17,041 nucleotides of DNA from Ginkgo biloba (taxonomy: Eukaryota; Plantae; Ginkgophyta): the NCBI GenBank assembly GCA_024626585.2, contig JANKJI020000004.1:143617756-143634796 (forward strand). The letters run 5' to 3'. Below, piece after piece: positions 11,522 through 17,041 of this stretch (its first letter is position 1; every line of letters starts with the position of its first letter). The translations under genes were made by a program, and so were the position numbers. The notes beneath the pieces are model-generated. The model worked only from the letters and a program-made list of their open reading frames with translations, was not told the origin of the DNA and did no database searches.

Positions 11522-11921
11522 CATTGCCATGATAAATGTTACCGAATTTTAGCACTGTTTACTTTCCTTTCCAGTTGGATGACTTTAAGTTTTTTTTTTT
11601 TGTAAGCTTAAACAACCATGGGAATGGTCCGGTCAACATTGTCATTTAAACCAATTTGGATCCTTACAGTTCTGTTTGCCATTGTTCTAGCTATTGAAAC
11701 CTTTGGTAAAGTGAACATTTTTTAAAAGTTCGAACCTATTTTTTGAAGTTTCTATGCCATAGGGTTTTGTCGTATTTGTTGGCAATTTTTGTGGTTTCCA
11801 ACTTAATGTGCATCTACAAAACTATCTATTTATAGCCAAGCATGGCGATTTGTTTGTGTGTGTTTCGACTTGAACAAAAAAGTCAATTCGGCTGCCTTTT
11901 TTATTTTTATAAGCATGCGTG

Positions 11922-14317
11922 ATGATGAATATTTTTGAACTTTCTACACACACTTACGTTTTGAGATGTGCCAAATATTTCCAAGCTCAATTATGGAATC
12001 CGAAGATGCAATTGCATGTGGCCGGCAACAGGATAGCTACCCTAACAATCGTCACTAATGCTTTTAAACGGGAGCCTGCAAATAAACGTAAGGACGGACT
12101 AAATTATAAGGAGGGCACTCGTAGCTTATCTGGCGATGTTGTCTCCTGGACCTCATTGATTTCAAGGTATGCACAGAATGGACGTATTGTGGATGCACGG
12201 CAAGTGTTTGATCGAATGCCAGATCGCAATGTTGTTTCGTGGACTGCAATGATTGCAGGATATGCCCAAAATGGAAGGATAGAAGATGCACGTCAATTAT
12301 TTGAAAAAATGCCTGAACGGAATGTGGTTTCATGGAATACAATGATTGCAGGATATTTTCAGAATGGAAAAACAGAAGAAGCCTGCCAGCTATTTGACAA
12401 AATGCCTGATAGAAATGTGGTCACATGGACTGCAATGGTAGCAGGATATGCGCAAAATCGGAGAATAGAAGATGCATGCCATATGTTTGACAAAATGCCT
12501 GAACGAAATACGGTTTCTTGGAATGCAATGATTGCAGGATTTATTCAGAATGGAAGGATAGAGCATGCACGACACATGTTTGACAGAATGCCTAAACGAA
12601 ATGTGGCCTCGTGGAATGCAATGTTGACAGGATATATCCAGGATGGGAGACTCGAGGAAGCGGGTGAACTGTTTAATAAGATGACCGAAAGAAACATGCT
12701 GTCATGGACTGCATTGATTGCAGGATATGCTCAGAATGGGCATAGCAAGGAAGCCCTGATATTCTTTAACCAAATGCAACATGCAGGCCTGAAGCCGGAC
12801 CAGTCTACTTTAGCTAGTGTTATCAGTGCATGTACGGCACTGATAGCTCTGGAACAGGGTGAGCAGATCCATACCTACGTCATCAAGAAAGGATTTGACT
12901 CAAATGTGTTTGTAGTGAGTGCTCTTGTTACCATGTATGCTAAATGTGGCAACATAGACAGTGCATTCCATCTGTTTGCTAAAACACCAGAACGAAATGT
13001 AGTTTTATGCACTGCAATGATTACAGGATACAGCCAAAATGCAAGAATGAAGGATGCACTAAGGGTGTTTGAGAAAATGTCTGAACGAAATGTGGTTTCA
13101 TGGACTGCAATGATTGCGGGATATGTACATAATGGACATGGTGAGGAAGCCCTGAAACTCTTTTCTCAAATGCAACAGACAGGCACCAAACCAAACCAAT
13201 CAACATATACTAGTATTATTGGTGCATGTGCCAATCAAGCAGCTCTGGAACATGGGCAGCAGGTGCATGCGCACATAATGAAGACTGGATTTGAATCAAA
13301 TGCCTTTGTGTGTAGTGCTCTTGTTGCAATGTATGCCAAATGTGGGAGCATAGTGAGTCATCCCAAGTCTTTTGCAAAATTCATGAACCGAATGTGGTCT
13401 CGTGGAATGCTATGATTGCAGGTTATGCTCAACATGGGCATGGGAAGGATGCCCTTCAACTGTTCCAGCAAATGCAACGTATGGGCTTGAAGCCGAATCA
13501 CATTACCTTTGTTGGTGTTTTATCTGCATGCAGCCATGCAGGCCTAGTTGATGAAGGTTGGCACTACTTTAATTCAATGAGTCGAGATCATTGCACCACA
13601 CCGAGATTAGATCATTATGGCTGCATGGTTGACATTCTCAGTCGTGCCGGGCATTTGAATGAGGCAATTGATTTCATTGGCAATATGCCCTTTGAACCTG
13701 ATGTTGTGGTATGGGGAGCCTTACTTGGTGCCTGTAGAATCCATATGAATATGGAGCTAGGTGAACTTGCAGCCAAACACATTTTCAAGTTAGAACCAGA
13801 AAATGCTGCAGCGTATGTGGTCCTTTCAAACATTTATGCTGGGTCTGGCAGGTGGAATGATGCTTCAAAGCTGAGAATCATGAGGAAAGCCAGGGGGGTC
13901 AAAAAGAACCCAGGTTGCTGTTGGATTGTGGCCTCAAAAATGGTTCATATGTTTCTCGTAGGAGATAGATCACACCCACAAACAGAGAAGATCTATGCGA
14001 TGTTGGAGAGGTTGTCTGGGCAATTGGAGAAGGCAGGATATATGCCTGACAAAAACTTTCTGCTACATGATGTGGAGGAGGAACTGAAGGAAGATATTCT
14101 TCCCTACCATAGTGAGAAACTGGCCATTGCATTTGGGCTTATCAGCACACCCTCTGGGATGCCTTTACGGATTATGAAGAACCTTCGCGTGTGTGGTGAT
14201 TGCCACACTGCCACCAAGTTCATTTCTTTGATTGTTGGGCGTGAAATTGTTTTGAGGGATTCTAGCCGCTTTCATCACTTCAAAGATGGTCTTTGCTCTT
14301 GTGATGATTATTGGTGA
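11922..14317 (+). pseudogene. PLS-class PPR protein with E1-E2-DYW deaminase domain (organellar C-to-U RNA editing factor, At4g02750-like), interrupted by a 1-nt frameshift at ~13353-13360; either a pseudogene or an assembly error
   Basis: ORFs 11919..13415 and 13340..14317 join into ~800 aa: 6xSS-P-L-S-SS-P-L-S-P2-L2-S2-E1-E2-DYW. The PG box (KKNPGCCWI), HSEKLA, LRVCGDCH and terminal CSCDDYW are present. Inserting one base (AGT[G]CATCC) restores KCGSIVSASQVF. Confidence 0.9.
12135..12692 (+). repeat. Six tandem 93-bp repeats encoding 31-aa SS-type PPR motifs
   Basis: Repeating unit (D/N)VVSW(T/N)AMIAGYxQNGRIExAxxxFDxMPxR with exact 93-nt period. Confidence 0.93.
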
Positions 14318-14401
14318 TGCTAACAGTGTTATATTTCTTAAATTTTCCTATGGTCTATCATGTTATGGGGTTGATTACTATTTGATTATTTCTTTTTGTT
14401 A

Positions 14402-14460
14402 TCTATACTATAATACTAAAAAAAAAGGGTTCTCTCTCCTTTCCATGACAGGAGAGAGAA
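14402..14460 (+). mobile_element. Helitron-like 5' terminus followed by an 11-bp inverted repeat
   Basis: A|TCTATACTATAATACTAAAA at 14401/14402 fits the A|TC insertion rule and the common TCTATACTA... Helitron 5' end. TTCTCTCTCCT-9nt-AGGAGAGAGAA lies at 14430-14460. No canonical hairpin+CTRR|T 3' end was found. Confidence 0.4.
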
Positions 14461-14878
14461 AATGGCACTCGAATACACCCCACAAAAAACAAAAAAATCA
14501 AACTCAAACAATTATCGGATCTGGATGAAATGGTGGCGGCGGAGGTACGTTCCTTCGTCCAGAGATTTCGAAACGTGCAGAATCGAAATGTGAAGCGTGT
14601 TGGCCAACTCTTCCTCGCTGGAAGTTGCAGGTCGTGTTTTCGACCTCACCTATGGAGCCGACATGTGGAACGATGTGATACCAGGAGTGGAGTCTTAGCC
14701 TAATTGCAGTTGGTGATTGAGTGGCTGGAAAACCAGTAGTTCTGCACCAAGGGTAGGGATTATTCAAAGAGCAGAGAGTAAAAGTTAGAGGTGGCCTTCT
14801 TGTGTATACTATCAATCTAAGAACGAACGGGGAAAATATGTTTCACTTTTTATTTTCATTGGCATTTATGGGCATCAG

Positions 14879-15577
14879 AATTCTGGTGCTAGAGATAATG
14901 GGGGTTGGGCGTCTAAAAATGAAGAATGGGGCAGCAATTCTAGTAGCAAGATTCCAGAATCTCCTGCAAGAGGGGTTTGGGCTACGAGCTCTGGAGAAAG
15001 TGGGTGGAATAAACAGGGCAATGATGGGTGGGAAGATGGCAAGGCAAATGATTGCTGGAATGCTTCCAAGGGAAATGAAACTCGAGATGCTACTACTAGA
15101 GGTCTTACTAGTGGGTTGGATACTGCTTCCAAAGTTGGGGATGGAGGATGGGGCGATGGTGTAGGTACTTCAAAAGTTGTTGAGGGTGCTTGGGATGTTC
15201 CCAAAGGTAGTGTTGTTAGCTAGGACATAGGTAACAAAGGTAGCAATGGGGGCTGGGATTCAAATTCTAGAGGTAGCTTTGGTGGGTGGGGTGAGGTTTC
15301 TAAAAGAAGCGACTACAGGTGGGATTCTGCTAAAGGCAATGATAAAAGGAGCTCCAAGAGTATTGATGGATTGGATGGTAAATCTAATGATGGATGGGGT
15401 GGAACTAAAGGAAGCACGCCACAGATTAGAGACTCTAGAACTGATGGCTGGGCTATGCACAGAGGGAAGGAGAATGATGGTCCAAGAGGAGGATGGGCGA
15501 AAGGGACTGATGGATGGGTCGAGGGTGGAGCTGCAGCAGGTGATGTAAATACGGGAGTAAGTGGCTGGGGGTCATAG
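14879..15577 (+). pseudogene. GW/WG-rich (Argonaute-hook-like) terminal exon resembling the C-terminal tails of SPT6L, SPT5L/KTF1 or NRPE1; one in-frame stop
   Basis: After a T-rich tract and CAG acceptor (14876-14878), a 232-codon G/S/D/K/N-rich frame reads NSGARDNGGWASKNEEWG...SGWNKQGNDGWEDG...DGGWGDG...VS*DIG...GGWDS...GGWGE...NDGWGG...DGWA...GGWAKGTDGW...VSGWGS*. It has 16 Trp, 12 of them in GW/WG context. TAG at 15221-15223 sits where a Trp would be expected. Confidence 0.75.
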
Positions 15578-16248
15578 ACAAAGGAGCAGTTCCCTCAAAT
15601 ACTGGAGCTAGCTTATGTGGGATTTATTTCCAGGTTCACGGGGCTCAGCGTTGCATTTGAAATCCTATAGTCAAAATCACCACATAACTCTTGGATTCTC
15701 GAGGCAAGTAAACTTCTCTAATCTTTGTTTTTCCTCACATCGACATAATAGGTGTAGTGTTATTTTTCAGGATTGTGTATTATGTTTGAAACCTTGACTA
15801 CAGTTGGAAACTCTTCAAGATAAAAAATAGAACAACGCAAAAAAAGCTTCCATGTTTCGTTGAATGAAATGTAGATTGCAATCGTGCCCTCACATTGAGC
15901 AATAATCGGTGTAATGAAGTTTATACATTTGACATTGTGCTTGGACCTTGGCTAAGTAGAAATCTTAAGTTGTAAGGCTATGGACGGATTTTTTTACATG
16001 CAACGTTAAGGTTGGATGCATGCACAGATAGTATAGTTAACACTATTTTGGATTCTCTTTGTTTTATATTAAATTATTATTAAGTTTCATATCAATTATT
16101 TCATTTTGCATTATCTGGATTGTTAGAGTGGGCAAACAAAATTCCACCAGAAAGGGCACATTATTCCACGGTCCAATACGCAACACCCACTTTTAGAGAA
16201 GGGTTACAAAATACAACAATGTGGTTGAAATGAATAGAAATACTTAAC

Positions 16249-16673
16249 TTATTCCATGAAAACCTCGAGAATAGACGGACGCCACTTTTTGTATCGTTTA
16301 ACATCTTCATTATTGGGAAACAAACCCATGAGGCGGCCAATAGAGTTCTGATAAGCAAACATGAATCCACCCATGAATCTAATCAACCCTGCTGTGCACA
16401 TTGATGGCCCTCTTAAGTTGCAGCTTCTACCTGCCCATATCATCAATGATTTTAATAGACATAATAAATAATATATCAAAAGAGCCCATCATCTGATATA
16501 AGCATGGGGCTACTGATCTGCAAGGCATTCGATAGGAATTGAAATGCAGGTGAGGGTGGTCATCCGAAGGTAATCCAGTAGGCTAAAATTCGCTACAGCC
16601 TTCGTAAATGGTGGATTTTTGTCGATGACAGGAAATTGTGGCTTGGTAGACACTATTTTTCTCCGTTAAACAT
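16249..16673 (-). pseudogene. Mitochondrial complex I (NADH:ubiquinone oxidoreductase) 20.9-kDa subunit (At4g16450-like) pseudogene, two exons
   Basis: Exon 1 (16673-16518) reads IVSTKPQFPVIDKNPPFTKAVANFSLLDYLRMTTLTCISIPIECLA. The 87-nt intron 16517-16431 starts AT instead of GT and ends CAG. Exon 2 reads GRSCNLRGPSMCTAGLIRFMGGFMFAYQNSIGRLMGLFPNNEDV. This matches the recalled YPVVDRNP.FTKVVGNFS.LDYLRF...GPSM..GGLIG.MGGFMYAYQNSAGRLMGFFPN. The ATG at 16673 is out of frame. Confidence 0.88.
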
Positions 16674-17041
16674 GTGATACTTCAAAGAAATCGGCATCAC
16701 GAATATGCTTTCGCTTTAATAAACTTGCCCTCTACTCCAATTAAGAACAAAGCATCCAAAGAGTGGTCATGTGTTTTAATTATTTGCAAGGATGGTAGAT
16801 ATATATAAAGAGCATTAGACTAGCATTCTAACTTACTATCGTTTTGATAGGTTGAATCCATTCTCATAAATTCCATAAAAAGAATATTTTAATCATTATT
16901 TCAAACATTTGTTTTGAAATAAGCAACATTGAATTTGAATTCTCTAGATTTATGTTTGCATCACTACTTGGTATGATTTACAAATTAATCAAGCTATCTT
17001 CACTAAATAAATTATTTTAAGAGATAAATATATAAATTATA

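Noticed and set aside
12135-12692. Regular 93-bp repeats as a CRISPR-like or non-coding array
   Set aside because: There are no unique spacers, and they are fully explained as in-frame PPR SS motifs in a eukaryotic gene.
13340-13375. Programmed ribosomal frameshift or tiny intron repairing the PPR frame
   Set aside because: No X XXY YYZ slippery heptamer at the break. GTGAGT at 13353 is donor-like, but the PPR motif continues immediately in the other frame, leaving no room for an intron.
10546-14132. Short antisense or alternative-frame ORFs overlapping the SDR and PPR genes
   Set aside because: No recognisable motifs; expected by-products of real coding sequence.
10766-14317. SDR and PPR as a functionally coupled operon-like pair
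   Set aside because: Only proximity (~400 bp) supports it. There is no known shared pathway, and the adjacency is equally explained by duplication or capture.
14695-14745. Minus-strand FQPLNHQLQLG* resembling MADS-box C-terminal motifs
   Set aside because: Too short, and no MADS or K-box exons are present in the window.
14802-15548. ORFs 14802..15164(+), 15246..15548(+), 14875..15204(-) and 15260..15460(-)
   Set aside because: Shadow frames of the GW-rich exon: GATGG repeats give Met/Leu-rich and Pro/Ser-rich artefacts. The GW frame explains the composition.
15704-15770. Possible GC-AG 3' UTR intron (GAG|GCAAGT...TTTTTCAG)
   Set aside because: Plausible signals but cannot be supported without transcripts.

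Overview
AT-rich eukaryotic plant genomic DNA from a gapped draft assembly (7 N-runs). It is probably a gymnosperm, inferred from the Tat-type retroelement domain order and the SS-rich PPR. Positions 1 to ~9.3 kb are decayed LTR-retrotransposon sequence: a Ty3/gypsy Tat remnant with protease directly followed by archaeal-type RNase H, a second gypsy pol (RT-RNaseH-integrase, partly present twice), and probable LTRs. Positions ~9.7-16.7 kb are an unusually dense run of unrelated host genes or gene pieces, most of them damaged. In order: an AKT-type K+ channel ankyrin remnant; an intronless SDR reductase; a PLS-DYW PPR RNA-editing factor split by a 1-nt frameshift; a Helitron-like 5' end; an orphan GW/WG (Argonaute-hook-like) exon with one in-frame stop, mostly missed by the ORF track; and an intron-containing pseudogene of the complex I 20.9-kDa subunit. 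All family calls come from manual translation and recalled motifs, not database searches.
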